Made by a program: the position numbers and the translations under genes. The notes under the pieces were generated by a model. It did not search any database. It saw nothing but the letters and a program-made list of their open reading frames with translations, and was not told the origin of the DNA. From assembly GCA_964644675.1 (NCBI GenBank), contig CAZXWK010000004.1:36217-83992 (forward strand): 47,776 bases of DNA, given 5' to 3'. This document shows, piece by piece, positions 18,597 to 27,319 of this stretch (positions are counted from its first letter, which is position 1; every line of letters starts with the position of its first letter). This DNA is from an uncultured Eubacteriales bacterium. Lineage in GTDB: Bacteria > Actinomycetota > Coriobacteriia > Anaerosomatales > JAAXUF01.

Positions 18597-19441
18597 GGAA
18601 CCGGGACCGGCGGGAACGCCGCGGTCGCGCCCTCGCTCAGACTGTAGAAGCCCTGCTGTCCGCCCGTGAACAGCGCGACGAGCGTGAACTTGCCCGCACT
18701 GGTGCCCAGGGTCTCGAACGCCGAGAGCTTGCGGGCCGAAGCCGCCGAGGCCACGCCGGTGTCGCCCGTCGGGGTCTGCGCACCGAGCGCGTAGAGGCCC
18801 GCCATCGCGTAGGCCTGCGCGATGTCGAGCGAAAGCTCGTCAGGCTTCCCGTCGAACGCGGCGATGTCGACGACCTGCGTGGCGGCGACCGTCGGCGACA
18901 GCCCGGTCACCTTGATCGCCTCGGCGCCCACCAGGGCGTCGGTGAGCGGGCGTGCGCCCGCGGGCTGGCTCCACTCCGAGGCGAGCGTGCTCACGACCGC
19001 GGTCTGTAACTCGGTCGCGGTGCCGACCACCGAGCGCGCCGCCTCTTCCGAGCCGCCCTTGCCGGCGAGGCCGAATCCGGGCTTCAGGAGCTGGACGACC
19101 GCGGCGCTGCCGCCAGCGGCTTTGATCGCCGAGACCGCGTCGTCGAGGCCCTCGGCCTTGTCCCCGCTCGTGAGCACGAGCACCGTGCGGCCCGCAAGGC
19201 GTCCGGACACCCACGCGTCGGTCATCTGCTTCGAGTACGCGCGCTCGGCCGACAGGCTCTTCTTGGCGCTCGCGTTCTCCTTCTTCAGCGAGTTGAAGTC
19301 GGCGCGCAAGCTGGCAACGAGCGCCTTCTGCTGCGAGTCGAACGTCCCCTGCCTCACGACGAGCCCGCCCAGGATCAGGCCCAGGGCAAGCGCGAGGAAG
19401 ACGGCGGCGAGCGAAGCGATGTGATAGCGGATGTTGTACAT
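18593..19441 (-). CDS. MctB/SteB-family membrane protein (Rv1698-like)
   Basis: N-terminus MYNIRYHIASLAAVFLALALGLILGG is characteristic of the MctB family. It sits directly downstream of the Rv1697-like gene, as in Mycobacterium and Corynebacterium (steA-steB). Confidence 0.7.
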   Translation of the reverse strand: MYNIRYHIASLAAVFLALALGLILGGLVVRQGTFDSQQKALVASLRADFNSLKKENASAKKSLSAERAYSKQMTDAWVSGRLAGRTVLVLTSGDKAEGLDDAVSAIKAAGGSAAVVQLLKPGFGLAGKGGSEEAARSVVGTATELQTAVVSTLASEWSQPAGARPLTDALVGAEAIKVTGLSPTVAATQVVDIAAFDGKPDELSLDIAQAYAMAGLYALGAQTPTGDTGVASAASARKLSAFETLGTSAGKFTLVALFTGGQQGFYSLSEGATAAFPPVPVP

Positions 19442-19464
19442 GTCTCAGCTCTCTCCAGACCCGG

Positions 19465-20586
19465 TCACGCGCTGAACCACGCGATGATGCGGAGCACGAC
19501 GAGCTCGATGAACGACCGTGCCGCCGGCGAGATCAGCACAGCCGCCGAGACCACCGCCAACGCGGCAGCGACCATGAGGATGAGGTACGTCGGTTCGACA
19601 GACGCACGGTAGAGCTTGCTCACGCCCTTCGCGTCCACGAGCTTGGGCCCGACCTTGAGCCGGACCAGGAACGACGATGCCATTCCCTTGCGCCCCTTGT
19701 CGAGGTACTCGACCAGGTTGGCGTGCGTCCCCAGCGCGACGATGAGGTCCGCACCCGATTCCCATCCCAACAGCAGCGCCAGGTCCTCGCTCGTCGCCGC
19801 GAGCGGCCAGGGCGTGCCTTCAAGACCGAGCGCGTTCAGCCGTTCCATCCCCGGCGCGCGACCGTCGGCGTACGCGTGCACGATGAGCTGAGCGCCGCTC
19901 TTGAGGGCCGCGTCGGATACCGAGTCCATGTCGCCCACGATGATGTCGGGCTTGAACCCCGCCTCCATGATCGCGTCGGCACCACCGTCCACGCCGATGA
20001 GCACGGGGCGCATCTCTCGGACGTAGGGAGTCAGCGTCCTCAGGTCTTCCCTGAAGTCGTAGCCGCGCACGACCACCAGCACGTGCCGCCCGTTGATCTC
20101 GACGTCGGTCTCGGGGACGAGGGTCTCGTCGGTCAGGATCGCCCGTTCGCGCTCGAGGTACTCGATCGTGTTCCGAGCGAACTTGTCGAGCTGCTCGCCG
20201 AGACCCGCCTTCGCGGCCTCCATGCGCTCTTCGATGTCGCTCACGGTCAGGCGGGTCCCCGTCGCGCAGACGCTGCCGTCCCGGAGCACGTCGTCACCGA
20301 TGATCTCGACGAGATCTCCTTCGCGCAGGCACTCGAAGACCCCCTGCCCCACGTCGTCGATGAGGGTGACGCCGCCCCTCGCGAGCAGGAGCGGACCGAC
20401 GTTGGGATACGTGCCCGAGATGGAGGCAGACGCGTTGACCACGACCTCCACGCCGGTGGCGAGGAGCCCCTCGGCGCTCACGCGGTCCATGTCGACGTGG
20501 TCGATGACCGCGACGTCGTCGGGGTTGAGCCGCTTGACGAGGTCCTTCGTACGCTTGTCGAGCTTGGCGATACCCTGGCGGCGCAT
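19465..20586 (-). CDS. SteA-like protein (Rv1697 homolog; thiamine-pyrophosphokinase-like fold with C-terminal TM helix)
   Basis: The ATG at 20586 (MRRQGIAKLDKRTKDLVKRL...) is preceded by GGGAG plus 4 nt. Shows GVDGGAD...DIIVGDMDS motifs and a C-terminal hydrophobic helix. Conserved synteny recN-steA-steB. Confidence 0.7.
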   Translation of the reverse strand: MRRQGIAKLDKRTKDLVKRLNPDDVAVIDHVDMDRVSAEGLLATGVEVVVNASASISGTYPNVGPLLLARGGVTLIDDVGQGVFECLREGDLVEIIGDDVLRDGSVCATGTRLTVSDIEERMEAAKAGLGEQLDKFARNTIEYLERERAILTDETLVPETDVEINGRHVLVVVRGYDFREDLRTLTPYVREMRPVLIGVDGGADAIMEAGFKPDIIVGDMDSVSDAALKSGAQLIVHAYADGRAPGMERLNALGLEGTPWPLAATSEDLALLLGWESGADLIVALGTHANLVEYLDKGRKGMASSFLVRLKVGPKLVDAKGVSKLYRASVEPTYLILMVAAALAVVSAAVLISPAARSFIELVVLRIIAWFSA

Positions 20587-20724
20587 GAGACTCCCGGTCG
20601 GTTCGGTGCGTCGTCCGGCATCGGTCGAAGGGGGCCGACGGGACAGCATATGCTAGCACATCGAGGGGGCGCTTCCCGCTGCCGAGACGCCTCCGAAACG
20701 GCCGTCGGGCGGTACCCCGCGGAC

Positions 20725-22359
20725 CTAGAGCGGTTGAGCCCCGACGGCCTGATCCAGCAGCTCACGGGCGTGATCGAGGCTCGCGACCGAGTCGTTGCCC
20801 GAGAGCATGCGCGCAATCTCGCCCACGCGCTCCTCTCCCGTCACCGCGCGCACGACCGTCGAAGCACTGTCCGCCGAGACGGTCTTCTCGACGACGAGCT
20901 GCGTGTCGGCGTACGCGGCGACCTGGGCGAGGTGGGTGACCACGATGACCTGGTGGGTCGCGGCGAGTGCCGAGAGCCGGCGACCCACCGCGTGAGCGGT
21001 CGCGCCGCCGATCCCAGCGTCCACCTCGTCGAACACGAGCGTGCCCACGGAATCCGCCTCGCCCAAGACGCCCTTGAGAGCGAGCATCACGCGCGAGACC
21101 TCGCCTCCCGACGCGATCCGCGCGAGCGGCCGAGCCGGCTGGCCGGGGGCCGGAGCGTACAGGAACTCGACTCGTTCCGGACCGTCGGTCGTCCAGTCAT
21201 CGAACGGGAGTGGCGTCGGAGCAACCTCGAAGCGCGCGCCGGGCATCGCAAGGTCGTCCACGGCGGCGGCCAGGGCCTCCACGAACGCCGGTGCGGCCGC
21301 AGCCCGCGCCGCGGTCAGGCCCGAGGCCGCCCGCTCGAGCTCCGCCGTGGCCGCGTCGAGCGCGGCGTCAGCCCGGGCGATCGCGGCCTCGCCGTCCTCG
21401 TACGCCTCCAGACTGGCGATCGCATCGTCGCGCTGACGGATGACCTCCGCGAGCGTGGGACCGTATTTGCGGGTGAGCGAGTTCAGGCGCGCGAGCCGGT
21501 CGAGTGTCGCGTCGAGCGCATCGGGGTCGTGCTCGACACGCTCGGCGTAGGAGCGCAGCTCGAGCCCGGCGTCGTCGACGAGCGCGGACGCCTCGGACAG
21601 GCGCGCACGCAGCGCGTCGAGCGTGGCGTCGACACCTGCGACCCGGTCCAGCGCGCTCGCCGCCTCGGCGATCGCGTCGAGCGCACCCGACTCGCCGCGC
21701 AAGCGTCCGGCCGCCTCGCCCGCGGCCTCCGCGAGCTTCTCGGCGTTCTGGAGCGCGGGCAGTGTCGCTTCGAGTTCCTCGTCCTCCCCCGCGCGCGGAT
21801 CCACCTGCGCGATCTCGTCGACGACGAACCGCAGGTGCTCGGCGTTGCGCCGCGCGTCGTCGAGTCGAGCGGCCAACTCCGCTCGCTCGCCTCGCGCCGC
21901 GCGGTATTCCGACAGCGCGGCCCGGTACCCCTCGAGCGCCGAGGCGCACGCCTCGCCTCCGTACCCGTCGAGGTAGCGAGCGTGCGTGGATGCCGAGTAG
22001 AGCGCCTGGTGCTCGTGCTGCCCGTGCAGGTCGACGAGCGGCCCGAGAGCGGCCGAGAGAGCGCCGACGGTCGCCATGTCGCCGTCCAGGGTGCACCTGC
22101 TGCGCCCGTCGGCCCCGACCCGGCGCACGGCCATGACGTCGCCGTCCGGCGTCGAGAAGCGGCCCTCGACCCGGGCCTCGGCTGCGCCCGCGCGCACGGC
22201 GCCGGAGTCTGCGCGCTCGCCCACGAGCAGCTGCAGAGCGCCGATCAGCGCGGTCTTGCCGGCGCCGGTCTCCCCGGTGAGGGCGGTCATGCCCGGTCCG
22301 AATTCGAGCCAGACGTCCTCGATGAGGGCGAGGTCGCGGACGTGGAGTTCCTCGAGCAT
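20725..22359 (-). CDS. recN: DNA repair protein RecN
   Basis: MLEELHVRDLALIEDVWLEFGPGMTALTGETGAGKT (SMC-like Walker A), long coiled coil, C-terminal signature/Walker B (VFDEVDAGIGG), 544 aa. Confidence 0.95.
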   Translation of the reverse strand: MLEELHVRDLALIEDVWLEFGPGMTALTGETGAGKTALIGALQLLVGERADSGAVRAGAAEARVEGRFSTPDGDVMAVRRVGADGRSRCTLDGDMATVGALSAALGPLVDLHGQHEHQALYSASTHARYLDGYGGEACASALEGYRAALSEYRAARGERAELAARLDDARRNAEHLRFVVDEIAQVDPRAGEDEELEATLPALQNAEKLAEAAGEAAGRLRGESGALDAIAEAASALDRVAGVDATLDALRARLSEASALVDDAGLELRSYAERVEHDPDALDATLDRLARLNSLTRKYGPTLAEVIRQRDDAIASLEAYEDGEAAIARADAALDAATAELERAASGLTAARAAAAPAFVEALAAAVDDLAMPGARFEVAPTPLPFDDWTTDGPERVEFLYAPAPGQPARPLARIASGGEVSRVMLALKGVLGEADSVGTLVFDEVDAGIGGATAHAVGRRLSALAATHQVIVVTHLAQVAAYADTQLVVEKTVSADSASTVVRAVTGEERVGEIARMLSGNDSVASLDHARELLDQAVGAQPL

Positions 22360-22363
22360 CGCC

Positions 22364-23212
22364 TCAGGCTCCGAAGAACTCGGCGGCGAGGGTCTCGTAG
22401 TAGTTGCGTCCGTCCAGCTTCACCAGCAGCACGTCGTGCGGGTCGCGCGCGACCGTGACGCTGTCGATGGCCCGACGGCAAGGGGTCACGTCGCCGTCGA
22501 CGATCAAGCAGCCGTCGGTGCGGCCCGGCACCGGCAGCGTGATCTCGACGACGTCGGTCGGGTCCGTGACGATCGCCCGAGACTGCAGCGTGTGCGCCGC
22601 CACCGGAACGACGATCATCCCGCCGAAGCCGGGTGCAACGGCCGGTCCCCCAGCGGAAAGCGCGTAGGCGGTCGACCCCGTAGCCGTCGCGACGATCACG
22701 CCGTCCGCGTGGGCCTTCATCATGTGGTGCCCGTCGACCGCGATCTCGACCGTGATGACGCGGCCCGACGCCCCGCGCGACAGCGCGACCTCGTTGAGCG
22801 CGCGATACGTGCCCACCGGACGCCCTTCCATCACGACTTCGGCCCGCAACGTCGCACGACGTTCGATGCGCGCCTCGCCGGCGAGTGCCGTCTCGATCGC
22901 CGAGCGCATCGATCCCGGCTCCGTCCCGCTCAGAAAGCCGAGACGCCCGAACTTGACGCCGAGGACCGGGGTCTCCACTTCGCCGAGCAGGTGCACGGCC
23001 TTCAGGATCGTGCCGTCGCCGCCCAGCGCGATAACGAGTACCGGCGCGCCGACGTCCGTCGGCGCGATACCGAAGTCCGCCAGCCCACTCTCGGCGGCGT
23101 CCGATGCGGCGAGCACGGGCTCGAGGCCCTGCGCGGACAGCCACGACGCAAGCTCGACGGTCGCCGTGACGGCCGCCTGATTCGCGGTGTTCGGTACGAG
23201 CAGTACGCGCAC
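22364..23212 (-). CDS. nadK: NAD(+) kinase
   Basis: GGDGT motif (VIALGGDGTILKA) and a NAD-kinase C-terminal domain. The start is re-set to the GTG at 23212 (GGGAGGG plus 4 nt), 1 nt after the tlyA stop. The track ORF has a 180-codon spurious extension. Confidence 0.9.
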   Translation of the reverse strand: MRVLLVPNTANQAAVTATVELASWLSAQGLEPVLAASDAAESGLADFGIAPTDVGAPVLVIALGGDGTILKAVHLLGEVETPVLGVKFGRLGFLSGTEPGSMRSAIETALAGEARIERRATLRAEVVMEGRPVGTYRALNEVALSRGASGRVITVEIAVDGHHMMKAHADGVIVATATGSTAYALSAGGPAVAPGFGGMIVVPVAAHTLQSRAIVTDPTDVVEITLPVPGRTDGCLIVDGDVTPCRRAIDSVTVARDPHDVLLVKLDGRNYYETLAAEFFGA

Positions 23213-23213
23213 G

Positions 23214-24008
23214 CTACCCTCCCAGTTCCTCGTGTGCCCTCGCCACGATGGCTTCGGGCGTGTCGGTGGTCGCACCGCCCTCGTGCGCACCCCACACCCA
23301 GAACTCGATGTTACCTTCCGGGCCCTTGATGGGCGAGAACGTGAGTCCGCGCACGGTCCAGCCTGCATCCCGCAACGCTGTCGCCGCCGCCGAGAGCACC
23401 TCGGCGTGGATCGCAGGGTCCTTGACCACGCCCCGTTTTCCCACTCGTCCCTTACCCGCTTCGAACTGTGGTTTGACCAGCGCGACGAGCTGGCCGTTCT
23501 CGGCGAGTAACCCGAGCACGTGTGGAAGCACGGTGCGGAGCGAGATGAACGAGACGTCGACGACCGCCAGGTCGAACGGCGCGCCGAGTGCCTCGGGATC
23601 GGCTGCGCGGATGTTGGTGCGCTCGAAGACGGTGACGCGCGGGTCGGTGCGCAGCGACCAGGCGAGCTGTCCGTAGCCCACGTCGATCGCCGAGACCCGC
23701 GTGGCGCCCCGCTGGAGCACGCAGTCGGTGAAGCCGCCGGTGGAGGCGCCAACGTCGGCGACGGACATGCCCGCGACGTCGAGCCCGAAGGTGTCGAGCG
23801 CGCCCGCGAGCTTCTCGCCGCCGCGGGACACGAAGCGGGGCCTCTCGGCGACGGTGATGGTCGCGTCCTCGTCGATGAGGTGGCCGGCCTTGGTCACAAC
23901 CTCGTCGCCGACGCGCACTTCACCCGCGAGCACGGCGGCGCGTGCCCGCTCTCGCGAGGCGAACAGGCCTCGATCAACGAGTACGGCGTCGATGCGACGC
24001 CGGGTCAT
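23214..24008 (-). CDS. tlyA: TlyA-family rRNA 2'-O-methyltransferase (hemolysin A-like)
   Basis: S4 domain at the N-terminus (MTRRRIDAVLVDRGLFASRERA) and a FtsJ-like methyltransferase fold (VGASTGGFTDCVLQRGA). Confidence 0.9.
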   Translation of the reverse strand: MTRRRIDAVLVDRGLFASRERARAAVLAGEVRVGDEVVTKAGHLIDEDATITVAERPRFVSRGGEKLAGALDTFGLDVAGMSVADVGASTGGFTDCVLQRGATRVSAIDVGYGQLAWSLRTDPRVTVFERTNIRAADPEALGAPFDLAVVDVSFISLRTVLPHVLGLLAENGQLVALVKPQFEAGKGRVGKRGVVKDPAIHAEVLSAAATALRDAGWTVRGLTFSPIKGPEGNIEFWVWGAHEGGATTDTPEAIVARAHEELGG

Positions 24009-25935
24009 GGGCGTCCGCCTCCGGAAACGCCGAGGTCGCGTCGGGCTGCCCGACGTCCTCGAGCTTGCCGAGTACCGCCGCCGAGACGCTCTCCGGCGTG
24101 AGCCCGACGTCGGACAGCAGCCGATTCATCGCGCCGTGCGTGACGAAACAGTCCGGGACCGCCAGGCGGAGCACGGGTGCGTCCAGGCCCAGGTCGGCGA
24201 GGGACTCGCAGACGGCACCGCCGAAGCCGCCCACGCCGGTGTTCTCCTCGACCGTCACCACGAGCCGATGGCTCGTCGCCGCCCACGACACCGTCTCGAG
24301 GTCGAGCGGCTTGACCCAGCGCGCGTTCACGACGCTCGCCGAGACCCCCTTCCCTGCGAGCAGGTCGGCCGCCGCTTCGCACACGGCGACCATCCGGCCC
24401 ACGCCGAGCAGCGCCACGTCGCTCCCCCGCCGGATCACGTCGGCCTTGCCCGCTTCCCAGCGGGTCGGCTCGGCCGGCAGTCCGATGCCGCTGCCGGCAC
24501 CGCGCGGGTAGCGGATCGCGACCGGCCCGTCGGTGGCGAGCGCCGTATGGAGCGCGTCCGCGAGTTCGGCCTCGTTCGACGGCGCGAGCACGGTCATGTT
24601 GGGGATCGAGCGAAGGTAGGTAAGGTCGAACACGCCGTGGTGCGTGGGTCCGTCCTCGCCCACGAGGCCGGCGCGGTCGAGGCAGAAGACGACGTGCAGG
24701 TTCTGCAGCGCGACATCCATGATGAGCTGGTCGTAGGCGCGCTGCATGAACGTCGAGTAGATCGCGACGACCGGCAGGGCCCCGCCGACGGCCATGCCCG
24801 CAGCCATGCCGACGGCGTGCTCCTCGGCGATGCCCACGTCGTAGAAGCGGTCGGGGAACTGCTCGGCGAAGCGGTCGAGGCCGGTGCCCGAGGGCATAGC
24901 CGCCGTGATCGCGACGATCTTGGGGTTCTTCTCGGCCTCGGCGACCAGAGAGCGCGAGAACGCCTCGGTGTAGCTCATGTTGCCGCCGCCGCCGTTCGCG
25001 CGGCCGGTCTCGATCGAGAACGGGCCGATGCCGTGGAAGGCGTCGGGCTGGTCCTCGGCGGGAACGTAGCCCTGCCCCTTGCGGGTCACCGCATGGATGA
25101 TGACCGGGCCGTCGACGACCTTCGCGCGCTCGACCGCCTCCTGAACCTGCGCGACGTCGTGACCGTCGATGGGGCCGACGTACTTCAGCCCGAGCTCCTC
25201 GAACAGCATGCCCGGCACGAGCAGTTGCTTGAACGAGCCTTTGACCGCTTCTCCAGCGCCCACCATGACGCGGCCGATCGAGGTCGAAGCAAGCCGAGAC
25301 TCGACGCCATCGCGCAGGCGCGTGTAGCGGCGGTCGAGCCGCACGCGCGCGAGGTAGCTCGCAAGCGCGCCGACATTCTCCGAGATGGACATCTCGTTGT
25401 CGTTGAGAACGATGACGAGGCGCGTTCCCAGGTGGCCGAGGTGGTTCATCGCCTCGAACGCCATGCCTCCGGTCATCGAGCCGTCACCGATGACGGCGAG
25501 GATCGTCTCATCCCCACCTCGCGCGTCACGCGCGAGCGCCATGCCCAGCGCCACCGACAGCGAATCGGATGCGTGCCCGGTGTCGAACGCGTCGTACGGC
25601 GACTCGCTGCGCTTGGGGAAGCCACACACGCCGCCGTACTGCCGCAGCGTCTCGAACCGCTCGCGGCGGCCCGTCAGCAGCTTGTGGACGTAGGACTGGT
25701 GGCCGACGTCGAAGATGACCCGGTCGGTCGGGCAGTCGAGCGCCCGATGGATACCAAGCGTCAGTTCGACCGCTCCCAGGTTCGGCGCGAGGTGCCCGCC
25801 CGTCGCCGAGACGGTCTGGATGAGCTCGGTGCGGATCTCGCCCGCGAGCTGCTCGAGCTGCTCGGGACCGAGCGACTTCACGTCGCACGGTGTATCGATG
25901 CTGTCGAGGATGCGCTCGGGCACGCGGCCCACCAA
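23974..25935 (-). CDS. dxs: 1-deoxy-D-xylulose-5-phosphate synthase
   Basis: ILDSIDTPCDVKSL...LEQLAGEIR, TPP-binding GDG (AVIGDGSMTGGMAFEA), transketolase-like domains, 653 aa. The GTG start is approximate. Confidence 0.95.
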   Translation of the reverse strand: MVGRVPERILDSIDTPCDVKSLGPEQLEQLAGEIRTELIQTVSATGGHLAPNLGAVELTLGIHRALDCPTDRVIFDVGHQSYVHKLLTGRRERFETLRQYGGVCGFPKRSESPYDAFDTGHASDSLSVALGMALARDARGGDETILAVIGDGSMTGGMAFEAMNHLGHLGTRLVIVLNDNEMSISENVGALASYLARVRLDRRYTRLRDGVESRLASTSIGRVMVGAGEAVKGSFKQLLVPGMLFEELGLKYVGPIDGHDVAQVQEAVERAKVVDGPVIIHAVTRKGQGYVPAEDQPDAFHGIGPFSIETGRANGGGGNMSYTEAFSRSLVAEAEKNPKIVAITAAMPSGTGLDRFAEQFPDRFYDVGIAEEHAVGMAAGMAVGGALPVVAIYSTFMQRAYDQLIMDVALQNLHVVFCLDRAGLVGEDGPTHHGVFDLTYLRSIPNMTVLAPSNEAELADALHTALATDGPVAIRYPRGAGSGIGLPAEPTRWEAGKADVIRRGSDVALLGVGRMVAVCEAAADLLAGKGVSASVVNARWVKPLDLETVSWAATSHRLVVTVEENTGVGGFGGAVCESLADLGLDAPVLRLAVPDCFVTHGAMNRLLSDVGLTPESVSAAVLGKLEDVGQPDATSAFPEADAHDPASHRRRTR

Positions 25936-26038
25936 TCCGGTCGTCGGTCAGACGGCGCTCGCCTGTCGCGCCATTTCACGAGGATAGTACGGCTCCCACC
26001 TGCGGGACAACGCAGAGAGCGGCCGCGTTGTCGCGGCG

Positions 26039-26521
26039 TTACCCCTCGTCGGCGGCGGGGTCCGTCTCGATTCCGGGCTCGTCGGACGGCTCGGTGTCGT
26101 CGGCCCACGCCTCGTCGGCCGCGTCGAAGCCGTCGTCGTCGGCGTCTGCGACCGAATCAGAGGCCACGTCATCGGCGTAAGCAGCCGACTCCTCTGCGCC
26201 GTCGGCAGAGGCGAGCGTTCCCGCCGCGCCCTCGTCCGAGGCAGCGTCCGGGACCGGCTCGGCAACACTCGGCGTGCTGCCGGCGTCGATTCCCTCGCCG
26301 GTCTCGACGGGCGCGCCCGACGCGACAGCCTCGGCACCCGGAATCCCGCCGACCGCCCAGTCGGCGTGGTCGATCAGCTCGGTGCACTGGTTCGCGAGGC
26401 GCACGCCCTCCTCGAGCAGGTCGAGGCTCTTCTCGAGCGAGGTGTCCTTCTTGCGCACCTGGGTGACGATCTCCTCGAGGCGCGTCCGCGCTGCGGTGAA
26501 GCTGTACGACTCGTCAGCCAT
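26039..26521 (-). CDS. xseB: Exodeoxyribonuclease VII small subunit homolog (XseB) with ~90-aa acidic C-terminal extension
   Basis: The N-terminal 65 aa match the XseB pattern ([16 protein letters not shown]...[18 protein letters not shown]). This is followed by an Asp/Glu/Ala-rich, low-complexity tail. RBS AAGGAGCAGGAG; the start overlaps the nusB end. Confidence 0.75.
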   Translation of the reverse strand: MADESYSFTAARTRLEEIVTQVRKKDTSLEKSLDLLEEGVRLANQCTELIDHADWAVGGIPGAEAVASGAPVETGEGIDAGSTPSVAEPVPDAASDEGAAGTLASADGAEESAAYADDVASDSVADADDDGFDAADEAWADDTEPSDEPGIETDPAADEG

Positions 26522-26945
26522 CCTGCGGCTCCTGCTCCTTGTCTACATCGTGGGAGCTCGCGATCTTGCCGAGCACCCCGTTCACGAACTTGGAGGAGTC
26601 CTCTCCCCCATAGACCTTCGCCAACTCGACCGCCTCGTTGATGGAAACGCTCGGCGGCACGTCGTCGACGTAGAGGATCTCGTACGTCGCGATTCGCAAG
26701 ATGTTGCGGTCCACGAGGGGCATCCGCGAGACCGCCCAGTTCTCGGAGACATCGCCGATCACCTCGTCTATCGCGGGAAGGCGCTCCTCGACACCGAGCA
26801 CGAGCTCCCGACAGAACTCGTCGGGGTCGCCGTCCTCGCGGGAGTAGCTTCCCGTGTTCAGGATGACGGCGGCACTCTCGCCGGTGATGTCCCGCTGGTA
26901 GAGGATCTGCAGTGCCTGGCGGCGCGCACGCGTGCGTTCGAGCAT
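26514..26945 (-). CDS. nusB: Transcription antitermination factor NusB
   Basis: [20 protein letters not shown]... NusB fold, 143 aa. Confidence 0.9.
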   Translation of the reverse strand: MLERTRARRQALQILYQRDITGESAAVILNTGSYSREDGDPDEFCRELVLGVEERLPAIDEVIGDVSENWAVSRMPLVDRNILRIATYEILYVDDVPPSVSINEAVELAKVYGGEDSSKFVNGVLGKIASSHDVDKEQEPQDG

Positions 26946-26949
26946 GCGG

Positions 26950-27300
26950 CTACTCGGCGAAGACGATGCCGTCGATGAACACGTCGACCGCAGCGACCTC
27001 GACGCCGACCTGGCTGCTGACCGCGTCCTCGACCGCGGTCTGCACCGCGTTCGCGACTTCCTTGAGCTTGCGCCCGTAGACCACCTGGATGTGGACGGTC
27101 ACGGTCAGATCGCCGTCCTCGGATGCGGTCACGTCAACCGCGCGCGCGGCGCCCTTGCGGGAGCCCTTCTGAACCAAGCCGGCCAGTCCTGGTGCACCGA
27201 TGGCGGCGACGCCGTCGACGCCCTCGACCGCCAGGGTCACGATCGTATCGAGCACGCCCGGCGCGACCCCAAGGCCCTCGAGCCGAATCTCATCAGACAT
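26950..27300 (-). CDS. Asp23/Gls24-family alkaline shock protein
   Basis: [32 protein letters not shown]..., 116 aa. The ATG at 27300 is preceded by GAGGAG. The track ORF 26950..27753 joins it to an out-of-frame read over accC. Confidence 0.85.
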   Translation of the reverse strand: MSDEIRLEGLGVAPGVLDTIVTLAVEGVDGVAAIGAPGLAGLVQKGSRKGAARAVDVTASEDGDLTVTVHIQVVYGRKLKEVANAVQTAVEDAVSSQVGVEVAAVDVFIDGIVFAE

Positions 27301-27319
27301 TCTACGGATCTCCTCGCAG

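Noticed and set aside
19723-22458. 911-aa plus ORF; also 21368..22096 minus, 21504..22136 plus
   Set aside because: Antisense or alternate frames over steA and recN. Poly-Arg/Ala/Pro translations.
22360-22460. Search for a LexA/SOS (Cheo or TCGAAC-N4-GTTCGA) box upstream of recN
   Set aside because: recN starts 5 nt after the nadK stop and no SOS-box-like palindrome is visible in the last 100 nt of nadK. recN is probably co-transcribed with nadK, or regulated from further upstream.
22364-23752. N-terminal 180 codons of the track's 462-aa NAD-kinase ORF
   Set aside because: The extension overlaps tlyA in another frame, is Ser/Arg/Pro-rich, and the conserved NAD kinase begins at the GTG at 23212 with a strong RBS.
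23701-26466. 921-aa plus ORF
   Set aside because: Antisense to tlyA, dxs and xseB. It crosses real gene boundaries and an intergenic hairpin.
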